DNA from: Synchiropus picturatus
Taxonomy: Eukaryota
NCBI GenBank assembly: GCA_044231675.1
Contig: CM094664.1
Coordinates: 14,296,162-14,360,161, forward strand
Length of the DNA stretch: 64,000 bases
Direction: 5' to 3'
The notes under the pieces are model-generated. The model saw nothing but the letters and a program-made list of their open reading frames with translations. It was not told where the DNA came from and made no database searches. Both the position numbers and the translations under genes were made by a program. Shown one piece after another: positions 10,766-23,302 of the stretch. Positions within the stretch are counted from its first letter, which is position 1; each line of letters starts with the position of its first letter.

Positions 10766-10803
<38 letters not shown>
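10747..10803. repeat. compound microsatellite (CA)n(TA)n
   Basis: cacacacacgcacacacacacacacacatatatatatatatatata. Confidence 0.9.
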
Positions 10804-11149
10804 ATTTGGTTGTTTTCCACTTTTTAACACTTTAAATCTAAGTTTTTATGGTCAAATTTGACTTTATTTTACTGTAGTAATTCCATTCTGCTGGTCTTGA
10901 CCACGATTGGTCATGTGGGTCAGTCTGGATTAGCTCAGTCATTGACCACTGAAGGTCACACTGGTCCCGATCTGAAACCTTCCTGTGCTGTCTCTGACAA
11001 GGTTGATGCTGAGGGTTGGAATGGGTGGTCGGGGCCTGCGTCCCCAAAAAGTTTAGTTCCGGTCCTGCTGGTAGCACTTTTACTGCCAGCAACAACTTGT
11101 GACGCGTCCAGGATCCGGCCCACACAGACCCGGAGAGAGGGAGGCAGGG

Positions 11150-11430
11150 AGAGTGAAGCCCCCTGTGTAATGACTGTGAGAACTGGAGGAGGACGAGGGG
11201 CGGAGGGGGGAGTCAAGCGGGGAGGCGGGGGAGTCAGGGGGAAGGAGGAAGAAGGAGCGGGTCAGAGCCAGATAGTGTTTATTTAAGTTTTTCGTCTCCT
11301 GACTCAGACAGAGAGCAGACGAGAGAGGATAATGAGAACCAGATCTTCGGTGGAGAGGAAGAGGAGGGAGGAGAAGAAAGGGGGAGGGAAGAGGAAAAGT
11401 GACAGCCAGGAAGAGGAGAGAGCCTGTCAT
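11150..11430. repeat. GA-rich polypurine/polypyrimidine tract about 1 kb upstream of the nfatc4 start
   Basis: ggaggaggacgaggggcggaggggggagtcaagcggggaggcgggggagtcagggggaaggaggaagaagg ... ggagaggaagaggagggaggagaagaaagggggagggaagaggaaaag. A second block lies at 12030-12110. Confidence 0.8.
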
Positions 11431-11999
11431 TTATTGCTTATTAAAAATGTAAAGCAAAGGCCACAAACAAATCAGCTTCCAGACTTTGTTCGGGACAATT
11501 TAATTTAAAAAATGACTCACAGAGGGGTCCAGGTTCTGAGAAGGGAGTTGGACTTGGAGGACACCGGGACTGACTTTTCCACACATTTTTACTGAGGAAA
11601 AAAAAAAAACTTTCTTTTTTTTTTAAATGAAAATGTACATGGCTGCTTTAAATGTTTTTGTAGACAGAGGCGAGGAACAAGTTCTACGCTACTCTTTGAG
11701 GGCCACTCTGCAGTTCACAACTCGAGACATCCTGCGAACCATGGAGACCCCATGGTCTCAAAAACTTGCACCTCCAAAAATCAGTGGCATCAAATGACCC
11801 TGCATGTATTTTTCATAAAGTTTTCCAAAACTTTCTTACATTGCTGGCCTAGATTTTTTTAAACAGGGGCCTATTCTATTGGTCTTTCCAAAAAATAAGG
11901 GTTGAGTCCGACCCCATGTTGACCTGGTGGCCAGGCAGCTGATCTTTGATAGTTGAGGAGATAATCTTACACTTCAAGGACCCAGTATGATGGAGAGAT

Positions 12000-12460
12000 T
12001 TGATAAAAGGAAAAGCACTGCTGTGCCTTTTGTGAGAGTCCTCGGAAGAAGGGAGGGCGGAAGGAGGAGAGAGGAGGGAGAGGGAGTAGGGGGGCTCGTG
12101 ACGGACAGGCAGGAGGTCCTATTGGAGACCTGGAGCTGGGAAACCCACCCAAAGGCAATTAAGGGTAAAGGACGACAAAAATATTTGATAAACTTTTTTT
12201 CTGGAGCGCGGATGTGGTGATGGAGCCGGATTCAAAGAGCCGGATCTTTGACGACCGTCATCTGGAACTCCTAAAGAGACGATCGGATTAGATCTGGACC
12301 ACGTCTGGAAGTTGCTCTCCGATCAAGCATCGCGTGGAACGGAAAGATGTCCTGGATGAGGACCTAACTTTTCTCTCTCTTTTTTTTTTTTGGAGTGGAC
12401 GCGTATTGGATCCGCAGAAGAACCGAAGGAAGAATCTAGACCCCGGGAAGCCGGTGGGCG
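12000..12460 (+). promoter_or_regulatory. nfatc4: putative nfatc4 proximal promoter and 5'UTR (GA-rich, GC-rich)
   Basis: Lies directly upstream of the nfatc4 ATG at 12461. GAGA-rich blocks (gaggagagaggagggagagggag) sit beside CpG-rich sequence. The TSS itself is not determinable from sequence. Confidence 0.35.
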
Positions 12461-12632
12461 ATGGGGGCCGCACCGGGCTCCGGCTGGGAGGAGGGCGAGT
12501 TCGAGTTCAAGTTGGTGTTTGAGGAGGACCAGAACCAGGGGCCCGACCCGGTGACCGCAGCCCGGCCGGAGAGCTCCTCACCCGGCGAGGAGAGCGAGAG
12601 CGCGCCGCTGCTTCAAGACTCGAGCGGCATGG
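12461..12632 (+). CDS. nfatc4: nfatc4 exon 1 (ATG)
   Basis: ORF 12461 encodes [24 protein letters not shown]...LLQDSSGM. The donor is G|gtgaga, phase 1. Confidence 0.8.
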
Positions 12633-15600
12633 GTGAGAAAACCCTCCATCCGAACCCGAAGTCCGTGTGTGGGAATGTGTGCGTGTTTGTGCGTGACTCC
12701 ATCTGTAAGCACACTTCTACCGTGTGTTTGTTCTCGTGTGTGTGTGGTATGCGTCCACATGTGTATTAATGCTGGTGTGTGTGTGTGTGTGTGTTCGAGA
12801 CCCAGACTCAATGTGTTTCTCATCAGCTGTGCGTGTGAGCGGAGTTAACAGCTGCCATCTGGGAGGAACCTCAACCTCAGCTAAACCTCCCTGACTGCGC
12901 CGCGCGTCCGCAACCCTCCCAACCACATATTCAACTTTGTCGCAAACTTCGATCCACTTCCCTTAGACAACAAACATAAAGCGTCACCGTTTACTGCTCC
13001 TTTCTTCACTTAACTTTATGAACCTTCTCGTATCAAAGTCAAGGCCCAGGGGCCAAATCCGGTCCGTCACTTTATGTGTTTCAAGTGCACCAAAAGCCAG
13101 ATGAAAGCTGGTGACGCGGATGTGCATCAGGAAGAGTGTCACTTGTTTCATGAGGTGATGGAGAGACCACGAACCACAGAGAGGTGCCTGAAAAGCAAAG
13201 TGCAGCACGGGCCCTTTGGCTGTATTCATGTGGCTCTGATGAAGTTAATGAAAAACTGGAAAAATAAATTGATTTTTCACCATTAATTTCTATTTAAATT
13301 ATAGTAAAGGTATAACCCATTAAGTCTTTATTTTCTTTTAGTTCATTTTAGGTGTCTTTTTGTCTTCCTGCATCGCTACAACTATTATATTCAAGAGTTA
13401 AATAAAATTAAGTTCAATTGAAATTAATTCTATTAAGAGTAATAACCATTTGTATTTATTGTTGCTCAAAATAAAAAATAAAATGTCATCTGATATTGAG
13501 ATTTTTATTGTAAGACATTTACTTTCATACATTGAGAATCTTTTAATAATATGAATGTAAAATTAACTCAAATAATATACTTTGAGTATATAATGCTTTG
13601 TGTGGTTTTATTTTTGGATTTTTTTATTTGAACCTTTGTTTTTGAGTCTTTTGCTGACAGGGCCTCATTGTGGCACCTTCTGAAATGTAATGGAGTCATA
13701 TGTTCGGAATGTTCCCCAGACTAGATGGAAAGCAGTTTGTTTTCGTTGTAATTCATTTATTCTAAAGTTCTACATCCTGTTTACGTTCGGGGACACCATC
13801 TTGGATTGCGAGTTGCGAGAATTCTCCAATATCCAATGTCGGATGACGTCATCCTGGGAATTTCTCACTTCTGAGGGCAACTGGAACGCAGCAAAAGTCC
13901 TTCATAAATCCCTGGATTTGATCTGAGTCGGTATGACTTGAGTTGCTCGACAGGAATGACACCGTGCACATGGTCAGAGTGAGTCTCTCAGAGTGTCGAC
14001 AGGGTTTAACTTCCTCCATATTTAGAGCTTCATCTGAGTCTAGAAACCCCTGATCGATCACAAAAACTGTTTAACCGTGCTCTAAAGAAACAGGAAGTGA
14101 TGTCAGCTTGATGCTAGTGACCAGCCGACCTTGAGAGCTGAACCACTATCAACTGTGTTGACTCTTAATGACTCAAAAAATAACAGAAACTGGCCTGAAA
14201 CTATATTAAAATCACAATGAATTGAATAACTATTGATTCAAGTGTAAATGTGCAAGATGACTGAAGGGCACTTCCATGAGCATCAAGCAGCAAATCTGGG
14301 GAGTCAGGACATTCACATTGTCATTGATGTTTGTCGAGTCCGACTGACGTATTCAGGTCACTCGTGCTGAGCGTTTTAATAAGTTGCTGAAAATGAGTCT
14401 GGAGCTGAGGAGTGACGTCGTGGAGTTGTAATTGACGATCCAGTCTGGTGTCCTGTCCCACAGTTTTGTTGTTATCAAGCGCTGACTGGTCCGCACACCT
14501 GAAACAAGAGTGGTGGAGCCGATCCTGTCCGCAGCTGAGTGATTCTCCAGCCGCGCTTCCACGTGCCTGGCTCTTTTTCTGTTCCTGCTTCTGTTCGTGT
14601 AAACAAGCCGTCATCTACTTTCCATCTTGGGTCCTTCCAGCAAACACCTTGCAACTCCTGCTGTCCGTCCATCCTGTTTCTCAAATGAGAGCATCTAAAG
14701 AGTCACTTGCTAGTTTTACGACCACGACCACATCACTTCGGTCCACCAGATACTGCGTCATGACTCACCAGGGACATCGCAAACTCTCCTGAAGAAAACA
14801 TGACACCACTGCTGCTTTATAAATGGCACCAATAACGGAGATGTTATACAGGCTAGTAGCCGCTGACGGTTCAATTTGAAGTTGTATTTTCAAGTTTCAG
14901 AAATGTTCACAAGCTTCGAAGCTGCACTTTTTAAGATTCTGTTTGTGATTTACAACAGAAATGCTGCCTCTTTATTGGAGTATTGATGTCTGTGTTGGCT
15001 CCTTAAAGTGGAATGTTTTACTTTTTTCTTCTTACTTTTTTCTTGCAGAGAGGCGGAAGATATGATGTTGTCTGAAAAGTATAAAGAACTAGCTATGACC
15101 TTTGTGCTTAGCTAGTCAGGATCATTGCATCTGAGCTTGTGGTCTGGTTTTTTTTAGCAATCCCTACTTTTTAGGCTCACAATTTTTCCTCCACTGTTTT
15201 CCATGGAAACTAAATGTGATTTACGCAAAAACTAGCCGACCAAGCCTTCCTAGCAGTCACTTAGCTGCCGCCATGTTCTTTTGACAGTCACGTTTCACAC
15301 GTCGCATTTCATTGGTCACATTTTTGTGGCGAGAAGTGGATGAGTGCTGCTGATCTGGTCCTTGGTGTGAGCATCTGCAACACAGAAGCGCACTGGTGTT
15401 GAGGAGGACAGTTCAGAGTGGGTGTTCAATGGAAGGGAATGCGTCTTTGTGCCCCTTGTGTTGGGAGGCGGAGTTGCATTTTTGCTAGCAGTTGACCGCT
15501 AATATGTCCAGTTTAAGCCCTTATTTCCTGTCAAAGACGCTGCAATGGCGGGCCAGGACTGAAGGCACAACGGGCCATTCAACGCGCCGAAGTCTGAGCG

Positions 15601-18600
15601 GAGTAACGGTTAAAAAGAAAGCAACTCACATGGAAATGTTTACGAGTTTGACTCCGCAGTTCAGTCGGAGCAGTTGGACGGATCGATCCAATAACTGTCG
15701 GTTCTCTTGGCTGACGGGCGTCACAACCTTCTGAATCATAAGAAGCAGCATGAGTTGCCTCTGCGCTTAAGCTTTAATCACTTGGAAATATTCTCAATGC
15801 CAGGAAACTTTTGAACAGATTTTTTTTTTGTTGTTGTTTTACCGCAAGTCTTAATGTGCTGGCAGTCGCCGTAGCGAGCAGCGCTGACCAAAAACCCGCC
15901 GGTGCGCCGCTTCAGCGCTCACCAACATCCGACCACGAAGCTGACCCTCCGCGGGCCGACACCCAACAAGATGCCGTCATGTGATTAGAATTTGTTTTAT
16001 TAATGAATCGGCAGTTTAATGAGGGAAAATGGAGCTCTGCAAGCCGGGCTGGCCTCAAGTGTGGAGTTTAACGCCCAGAAGGGTTGGCGGGGGGTGCTCA
16101 GTAAATTGTTGCCACATGACTGTCGAGATTACAACCGAAGGCTGCGCAACGTCCATCATCTTTTATAGTTTCTGGCCAATCTTCAGATCTGAAATGGAAT
16201 TACTAATGGAGCAAGACTGCATCAGAAAGCTTCCTTTATGGACCTTCTGTGGAGCATGTAAATGCAGCTTTCAAGAGTGAGCTACTTCTGTCATCTGTGT
16301 TCTTCATGAGGAGCATCACTGAAACTGTCTTCTCTTATCTGAGGTCAGATCATAGAGGCAGCACCCAAAGTGAGCAGTTTTACAGTCAGATCTGTCGCCA
16401 GGGAATGTCACTGGATGAGTAGTCGGAATTGTTGAGTTGGGTCTTGTGTGGACCAGAATTGAAGTGACTTGAGGTTCATTCATTTTAAACCTCTTATTCT
16501 GACACATGGTCTGGATTACAAACTCAAGGAAAATTGTTGTGTAATGAATGAGGTAGGCACGTTGGAGCATTCCCTAAAATGTATTTTGCAAAATTCAGTT
16601 TGACATCTCATGAGTCCCTCTCATGCTAGAGGAGCTGGGTGAGCAGGATCTCCAAGACATTTCGATTTGCATGGAGAAGGATAGCCTACTTCTTTTGTCC
16701 TTTGACTTTACCTGACGCTTGTTGCAGTGACGGAGAACCACGTCAGCGCAGGTCACTCTATCAGCATCTCCACCCCGCCATCGCCATCCAGTCAGAGGGC
16801 AGGGATGCACTCACCACCACCGCGGAGAGCTCTGGTGAGGGAGTTCAGCGGGACGTATGAGAGTCTTCCAGCACGGTCCGTTCAGGTGAGGCGACGTTAC
16901 AGGTATCTAAGTCATGACCTGCTCACTTTGATGCCCTAGCTGTTGTGACCTCCAGGTCTCAGAGTCTCGGGTGGTTGAATGTCCAAGCATCCAGATCACC
17001 ACCATATCGCCAGAGGACGACCCGGGTTCCACGGCCCCCAGTTACTGGGACATGGGAGGAGGAGGTCGCTGGGAGCGTGAGCGTCTCTTCCTGCCCCTGC
17101 TGGACCCATTCAGTTACAGAGACCGCTGCCCCGGCTCACTCAGCCCCAGTCCCGCCTCCAGTCCATCGTCCCGGGGCTGGCTGAGTCCTGCCTCCAGCTG
17201 CGACTCACTGCTGGTGGAGGAGGAGGAGCTCAGCGAAACCAACGTCCACTATGGGCTCTCGCCATCCTCCAGGCCGACCTCACCAGGAGGGAAGAAGCGT
17301 CGCAACACGCCGCTCTCCTCCCCTTGCACCTCCAGGAGGGGGAGCTCTTCTGAGGAACATCAGGGCTACACCCAGGAAGGTGACTCCAACCCCTCGTCAC
17401 AGGCGCTGCCTACCAGCTGCGACCTCAACATCCCGCAGAAAACAAGAAAGACGTCTTTGGAGCAGGTGAGAGTGTTTCAGCGCTCAGATGGTCCCCCGTA
17501 TCTTCACGTACACCTCGTCTCCAGCTGTCCTCCAGGGAAGTGGATCCAGAGCAAGCTCCTGGACACTGTGCCCCATGTCTGCTGCCCGAGACCCTGCAGA
17601 CCCGGAGAGAGCCCCCTTCCACAGGCATGGACTACCTCTCAGTTCCCCCGGCTCTCGCCTGGGGCCGGACCAGAGCCACCGCCCACAGTCCCCTCTTCAG
17701 GTACGAAACCAGGTCACTCCTGTTGCCAGGCTTCCTGTGACTTTTTGTTGTATGTTTATATATGTTTGTTAATATGTTTTTTGAGCTCACACCTTCACAC
17801 CTTCTTCCTCTTCACAGGTCCAATGCTCTGCCACCGCTCGACTGGCCGCTGCCCTCCCAGTTCGACCAGTACGAGTTGCGCATGGAGGTGCAGCCGCGTC
17901 CTCATCACCGGGCCCACTATGAGACCGAGGGGAGCAGGGGAGCGGTGAAGGCTGCTCCCTCCGGCCACCCGGTGGTGAAGGTGAGTACCTGCAAATTAAA
18001 GTATTTTTCGCAATGCATCAAATACAGCGATCATTTCTCTCTGTCAGCTGTGTGGCTACACGGAGAGGAAGCCGCTGTCCCTGCAGGTCTTCGTCGGTAC
18101 TGCAGACGATCGCTCCATCCGACCGCATCCGTTCTACCAGATACACAGGTGCAGCAAACACACTGTACAATCGTAGAGTTCGGTCGCGTTGGATGACTCA
18201 GTGGTGTTTGTGTCTCAGAGTGACAGGCAAGATGGTGGGTACCGCCAGTCATGAGAGCGTCCAGGCCGGAACCAAGCTGCTCGACATCCCGCTGAACCCC
18301 GAGAACAACATGACGGCACTGTGAGTCCTCTCAACAGTGTATTACACACATCAAACACTACTGTGGACTCAGCTCCTCAACGTTCCGCCACAGCATTGAC
18401 TGCGCTGGCATTCTGAAGCTGAGGAATTCCGACATTGAGCTGAGGAAAGGCGAGACGGACGTGGGGAGGAAGAACACTCGCGTCCGCCTGGTCTTCCGAA
18501 CTCACCTGCACCTGACGCACCCGGCTGCCCCGCCCGGACGAGTGTTGGCGCTCCAAGTGGCCTCGCTGCCCATCGAGTGCTGTGAGTCTAACGCGTCAAT

Positions 18601-20996
18601 CACGGGAGACATGACTTGATGAGTTGGCACAAGTCTTAACCGACTCGTCTGGTCCACCAGCTCAGCGTTCTGCCCAGGAACTTCCCATCATCGAGTCAGT
18701 CAGCATCACTTCCTGTTCAGTGGAGGGAGGGGAGGAGCTTCTGCTGAGTGGAAACAACTTCCTGCCAATATCCCGGGTGTTGTTCATGGAGCGCGGGACA
18801 GGTAAGGATCAGCCATGATGCTGAGCAGGAGAGATCTCTGTCAGGAGTCTCATCCTGAGGAGAGAAGCATTTGCAGGCGAGATTTAAGGCCTTCAATGCC
18901 TGCGTGAGCTGGTTCCTCTGAGATCTGGTTATTTTATGAAAGTAAATCCTAACTTGGCGGACAGAGCTGCAGACCATTTTCTGCCTTGCTAAATGTGCTT
19001 GTAAATTTAATAAGCTTTGTGTGCTGAGTTCTGAAGCAACTTCATGACTCTTTGTGAAACTTGAGATGTTGGCTTACAGACGACAAGATGCTTTTTTCGA
19101 TGGATAACATAACATCACACCTTCATGAATGAGACCTGAGCATGGGAGTGTAGTGTAGCTTAGCCTGGAGGTTTAACAGTGCAGAGGTTTCTCTGCATGA
19201 AGGTTGCGTGTATCCCGGTCCAGGAGCCCGTCTTGATCACCATCCAGAATCTTGACCCAACAGTCAGGAATTCACTTGGCTCAAGTGGGAGTTTAAAAGG
19301 GTTTAAAAGAGGCACTCCAGTTTCCTCCCACAGTCCCTTGGTGTTAATTTGTGATTCTTAAGTGCTCAAAAATGTAAATGCAGGTTTCTTTCTTTCCCCC
19401 CTCCTGGGCTGCTGGCACCATGTGACCCTGGCTTGAGGGAACAAGTGGTCGACCATTAACTTTCATTGATAACACATTTCCATCTCTGGTTCTGGTGTCG
19501 GTACCAGGTCAGATCAGCACCCACAATGATGCTGATCATGCAGTTTTGGCTGATGGTCGTCGGCTTGTTTTACAGTTTTATGTTGTGTAACCACGCACTG
19601 GTCTGTCAATCTATCATTGTAGTGTGTACATTTTACCACCCCAACAAAGTGAGTCATATGGGGGAACAGCACATCTGATCATCAGGGACCGCCAAGAAAT
19701 CTTAGTGAAATTACTGTTTTTGTCTACTGGAAAAATGTGTGTGTGTTTGAGGACTTGGATTTATACTATTTGACTGGCACACTGAGTCACAGTGTGATGT
19801 CATCAGCAGTGGCAGGAAGTGACACGAGAGCACTCTGCCAGTGGTTGATGCACATGACTGACTCTGCTGTGTTTGACCCCGGTTAGATGGGAAGCTGCAG
19901 TGGGAGGAGGAGGCTCACGTCGACCGTGACAACAGTAATGAGGTAAACCCTGTTCCTGCACGAGTGACCTCCGACCCCTACTCTGACTGGCCGCCTGTGT
20001 TTGCAGTGTTTGCTGTGTGTTCGAGTGCCGGCCTACAGCGACCTCTCAGTCAGCCGCCCGGTGTCTGTTAGCCTGTACGTTTCCAATGGGAAGAGGAAAC
20101 GGAGCAGCACTCACTGCTTCAAATACCTGCCGAGTGAGTCGCGATGATGATGCTCATGATGACGAAGATGAAGGGACTAGTGAGGTTCTTTCCTACTCTG
20201 CAGTCATGTTCAAGGAGGAGGACCCGCTGTTGTCCCGGCTGCAGGTCCCACCTCTGGACGGTGGTCATGGGGGTCAGTCCAGAATGGACCGGGTCTTCAC
20301 GATGACCGAGGAGCAGGGTCTGGGCTTCCACCTGCCCCCCTACCCCACCACCTACTCCCCTCCGTGCCCGGCCATCAGCTACCAGGACGAAGAGGACCCG
20401 GGCAGGTCCTCCATGTCTGAGCGACACCCCAGCTTTGAGAACCTGGAGCTGGGCTTTACCGAGCTGCTGCCCCCTCTGTACCACCGTGGCCAGCAACCCT
20501 CCTCACCCTCTCCATCTCCATGGCTGGACTCTCCCTACCTCTCCTCCTCCCCCTCCCCGTCGCACTCCTCCTCTCTCAGTCCGTTCCCAGCCGGCAGCCC
20601 CATCTCCACCTCCCCTCTGCCTCCCATCCCCACCTCTCCTTACCCCCAGTTCTCTACCTATCCTCAGGAAATGTGTCCCTCCCCTCCCCTGCAGCCCAGC
20701 TCCTACCAGGACATGTGTCCCACGCCCTACTCCCACTACGACGTCTGGGATCAACAAGGGAAGGCGCTTGGTCTTGGTGGCGAGACCAAGTCTCAGGAGT
20801 GCCCCCTGGAGTTCAGCAGCTCCACATCAATGCACCACATCACATTTGAAGAGGGTGAGTGACTGAGCCGGCGCTGAGGCTTCAGTTATCTGCTCCTGCT
20901 CTGACTTCTCCTCTTCTCGCCGGCAGTGTCGGAGTTCATCGGAGAGGACATCCAGTCGTACCAGCCCAGCTCACACGTCAACAACCAGCCGAACTG
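12461..20996 (+). CDS. nfatc4: nfatc4 (nuclear factor of activated T cells 4) gene span, 13 coding exons, 2616 nt CDS (~871 aa)
   Basis: The N-terminus [23 protein letters not shown] matches human MGAASCEDEELEFKLVFGEE. Other landmarks are GMHSPPP, the calcineurin-docking [13 protein letters not shown]-repeat/SRR regions, the NLS KKRR, and the Rel-homology domain [37 protein letters not shown] ... [34 protein letters not shown] ... [10 protein letters not shown]. The C-terminal mini-exon [10 protein letters not shown] matches human EEVSEIIGRDL. Confidence 0.9.
16728..16885 (+). CDS. nfatc4: nfatc4 exon 2
   Basis: Encodes (V)[52 protein letters not shown]. The acceptor is ttgcag and the donor is gtgagg. 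Confidence 0.8.
16956..17465 (+). CDS. nfatc4: nfatc4 exon 3 (regulatory domain: PxIxIT, SRR/SP motifs, NLS)
   Basis: Encodes [22 protein letters not shown]...[19 protein letters not shown]...[13 protein letters not shown]...[12 protein letters not shown]. The donor is gtgaga. Confidence 0.85.
16983..17000 (+). other. nfatc4: calcineurin docking motif PxIxIT (PSIQIT) encoded in nfatc4 exon 3
   Basis: [11 protein letters not shown] corresponds to human NFATC4 CPSIRITSISP, which is the conserved SPRIEIT-type site. Confidence 0.7.
17525..17700 (+). CDS. nfatc4: nfatc4 exon 4
   Basis: Encodes ...[26 protein letters not shown], matching human GMDYLAVPSPLAWSKARIGGHSPIFRT. The donor is AG|gtacga. 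Confidence 0.7.
17818..17980 (+). CDS. nfatc4: nfatc4 exon 5 (RHD N-terminal start)
   Basis: Encodes [54 protein letters not shown]. Confidence 0.85.
18048..18148 (+). CDS. nfatc4: nfatc4 exon 6
   Basis: Encodes [33 protein letters not shown](R). Confidence 0.8.
18219..18320 (+). CDS. nfatc4: nfatc4 exon 7
   Basis: Encodes [33 protein letters not shown]. Confidence 0.8.
18394..18581 (+). CDS. nfatc4: nfatc4 exon 8 (RHD DNA-contact region)
   Basis: Encodes [62 protein letters not shown]. Confidence 0.8.
18661..18801 (+). CDS. nfatc4: nfatc4 exon 9 (IPT domain)
   Basis: Encodes [46 protein letters not shown]. Confidence 0.8.
19887..19942 (+). CDS. nfatc4: nfatc4 exon 10
   Basis: Encodes [19 protein letters not shown]. 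The acceptor is ggttag and the donor is gtaaac. Confidence 0.75.
20007..20133 (+). CDS. nfatc4: nfatc4 exon 11
   Basis: Encodes [42 protein letters not shown], matching human VSRPVQVYFYVSNGRRKRS. Confidence 0.7.
20204..20854 (+). CDS. nfatc4: nfatc4 exon 12 (C-terminal S/P-rich transactivation domain)
   Basis: Encodes [17 protein letters not shown]...[29 protein letters not shown]...MHHITFEE. Anchored by ORF 20017..20862. Confidence 0.8.
20926..20996 (+). CDS. nfatc4: nfatc4 exon 13 (terminal mini-exon, stop 20994-20996)
   Basis: Encodes [23 protein letters not shown], matching the human C-terminus EEVSEIIGRDLSGFP. Confidence 0.75.
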
Positions 20997-23023
20997 AGCG
21001 GCTTTTGACAATCCTCCACTGTGCACTTACTCCTTTGTTACCGGAGATTAACCTGATGAGTTTTTATAAAGCGAACTTAAGTTGTTTTCAATATAAATTA
21101 TACATGAACCCTTTTTTGTCTTCGGTCTGTCTCTTTGAGGAGCAACTTCTGTTGCCGACGTGGCCTTTAGGAGCTTGTGCTATGTAGCCCCATCCATTCT
21201 GTCTGCAATAACATCACAGTGTTGTCAACATGAGAGGGAGGAGAGTTTGGGACAGGATGACAAGGGTGTCTCGCTGGATGCTGGACCAATGGCGGCGCTG
21301 TAAGTACCACACTGTCTCAGCTGTCAGAAGTTCTTGGGGTCGTAGCAGTGCAGCTGCAACTAGTGATGACGAGGTGTAAAACCTTTCCTGTCTCCGCACT
21401 GGACCGTGGTAGAGTGTCACAGGGGAGGTGCTCGCTCTCTACACCTCCGAGGCTGGAGCGCTCACTCCAGGGTTTGATGTCCTGTTGTGGGCTGGAGCTG
21501 GGACAGGGATGAGGTGAGTCTCGGACAGAGCGTGACTTGGTTTATGACTTTGTCACAGCCAAACTGCACAGATGTGCACATTCAGAGCTGGACACGCACC
21601 GGGCACCTCTTCACTTCTGTAGAGACGTCACTCACTCGGCAACCCCTCCCACATGCAGCGGCCACACACATAGAGGAACAGCGCACCTGCAGCAGACACT
21701 CTACATTCACTCCTACAAAAGCCTATTTTAAGGCTTGGAACGCATTATTTCTTTTTCCGTTCATTGTAATGGGAAAAATCGATTTCGAACAATTCGCTTC
21801 TCGGACGGCCTTGGATTGTGATCGAGAACTGATGTACCACTGTATCTTAAAAAATAACTTCTGTTAGAGATTACACTGGTATCACAGAAAAATATGTTTC
21901 GCAAAACGAATTTGTCTCAATATACTGACGTCAGCGGAAAAGCGATGACGTTTCAATGTTTTAAAATTGCATTTTTTTCTAAACACATGCACCATACTCC
22001 ATACATTAGTGTTTAGCTGAAGAGGTGAGGTTCCATTTGACTGTAAATTACAATATGTACTCTCACATTGTAAGACGCCGAACTGATCAGACCCCGAGAA
22101 AATCTGGACCCTACAACGTGAACTGGTTTGCCGAGGCCCGATTGAGGTGGAGACTGGATCGCGCCCCCTGGTGGACGCTTTCACAACACCGCTCAGAAAA
22201 ACAAGACGAGTGAGGTTTGTACAACTGAGTTTCAGTCTCCCTCACTCATCTGCTCTCGCGTTCGTCCGTCGTCCAGCGGAACAAAGAGATGAAAGCAGAA
22301 TGGATCTGAAAAGAACGGCGTCATTCCTCCTGCTGACACTTTTACTGGTCCATATGCTTCCTCACTGCCTTAAATGGAAACGAGAAGAACCGAGGACCGA
22401 TGCTGGACGCAGCGTTTCCGAGCTCTGAACGTCTTTTATGACGAGTTTGGAATCTGTTGCTGTAAATCTTCGCTGACGCCCGAGTGTTTCTCTTCCAACT
22501 TTTCTCTCGCGACTTGAGAGCACTTGGAGTTCAGCAGTGGAGCTGAAGAACTTCATACATGACATCCATTATCACTCGAACCTCACCAGAATTAGTCATG
22601 CTCTTTTAAAACCTTTCTCCCATATGTTAACCTAAATGATACAGAATAACATGCTTTTTCATCCTGGTTAATGAATGTTTTACTCACATCACTTCACTGT
22701 TATGTTTCCAAGATGTTATGGCCATTTATTTGTTGCATATTTAATATATTTAGTCAGCTATATATTAAAAAGATATGTTTATAAATGCACCAAAACCTCA
22801 AGTTATTATTTTTCCATATAACGCAATAGTCATTTCCGTATTTTTTTTCAATATTATTGGACTATTTGTTTAAATTATATCGATTGTGAGTTACAATATT
22901 ATCAACTTATTTCATGCATATTTCTCGGTGATTTCTTTGTTTGAGGAGAGGAAGGTGAGAAAAGAGGAAGTAAGTGGATGAGTATAATTTTTCGTCTCTT
23001 AGTAACGAACTTCAAAGTTCAGG

Positions 23024-23302
23024 TTAATGCAAGACACGAGTACTTCCCAAAGAAGCCAGCAGGTGTCGCTGTTGCAACACCACACGCCGCTGACTCGAGT
23101 TGACGGACAGGCCCAGGTTCCGTTGGATGGAGACTCGGATCTTCACGGAGGACGGTGACGACGGACGTGAGTAGGAAGATCGAGTCCCGGCGGAGGAGCG
23201 GACCAACTTTGGAAGCTTGTTGCTACCGTTTGAGCCCGGAACTTCTAAATTTGGCTCCAACATCTGAGTGGTGATCATTCTTCTGAGTTTGTTATCTGAC
23301 AT
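23024..23302 (-). other. orphan 92-aa ORF (basic, Ser/Arg-rich) in the nfatc4-myadm intergenic region
   Basis: MSDNKLRRMITTQMLEPNLEVPGSNGSNKLPKLVRSSAGTRSSYSRPSSPSSVKIRVSIQRNLGLSVNSSQRRVVLQQRHLLASLGSTRVLH. It has an ATG start with A at -3 (ttaaATGtc). Nothing in it matches a family I recognise. Confidence 0.15.

Noticed and set aside
7400-12400. Expected ADCY4 and RIPK3 orthologs between ltb4r and nfatc4.
   Set aside because: No adenylyl-cyclase or kinase-like ORFs are present. The interval contains only low-complexity repeats and one unassigned exon-like ORF.
20435-20866. Several overlapping ORFs in multiple frames and on both strands, 20119-20866.
   Set aside because: They lie over the S/P-rich C-terminal transactivation exon of nfatc4. 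Only the frame continuing [16 protein letters not shown]...MHHITFEE is homologous to NFATC4. The others are compositional artefacts.
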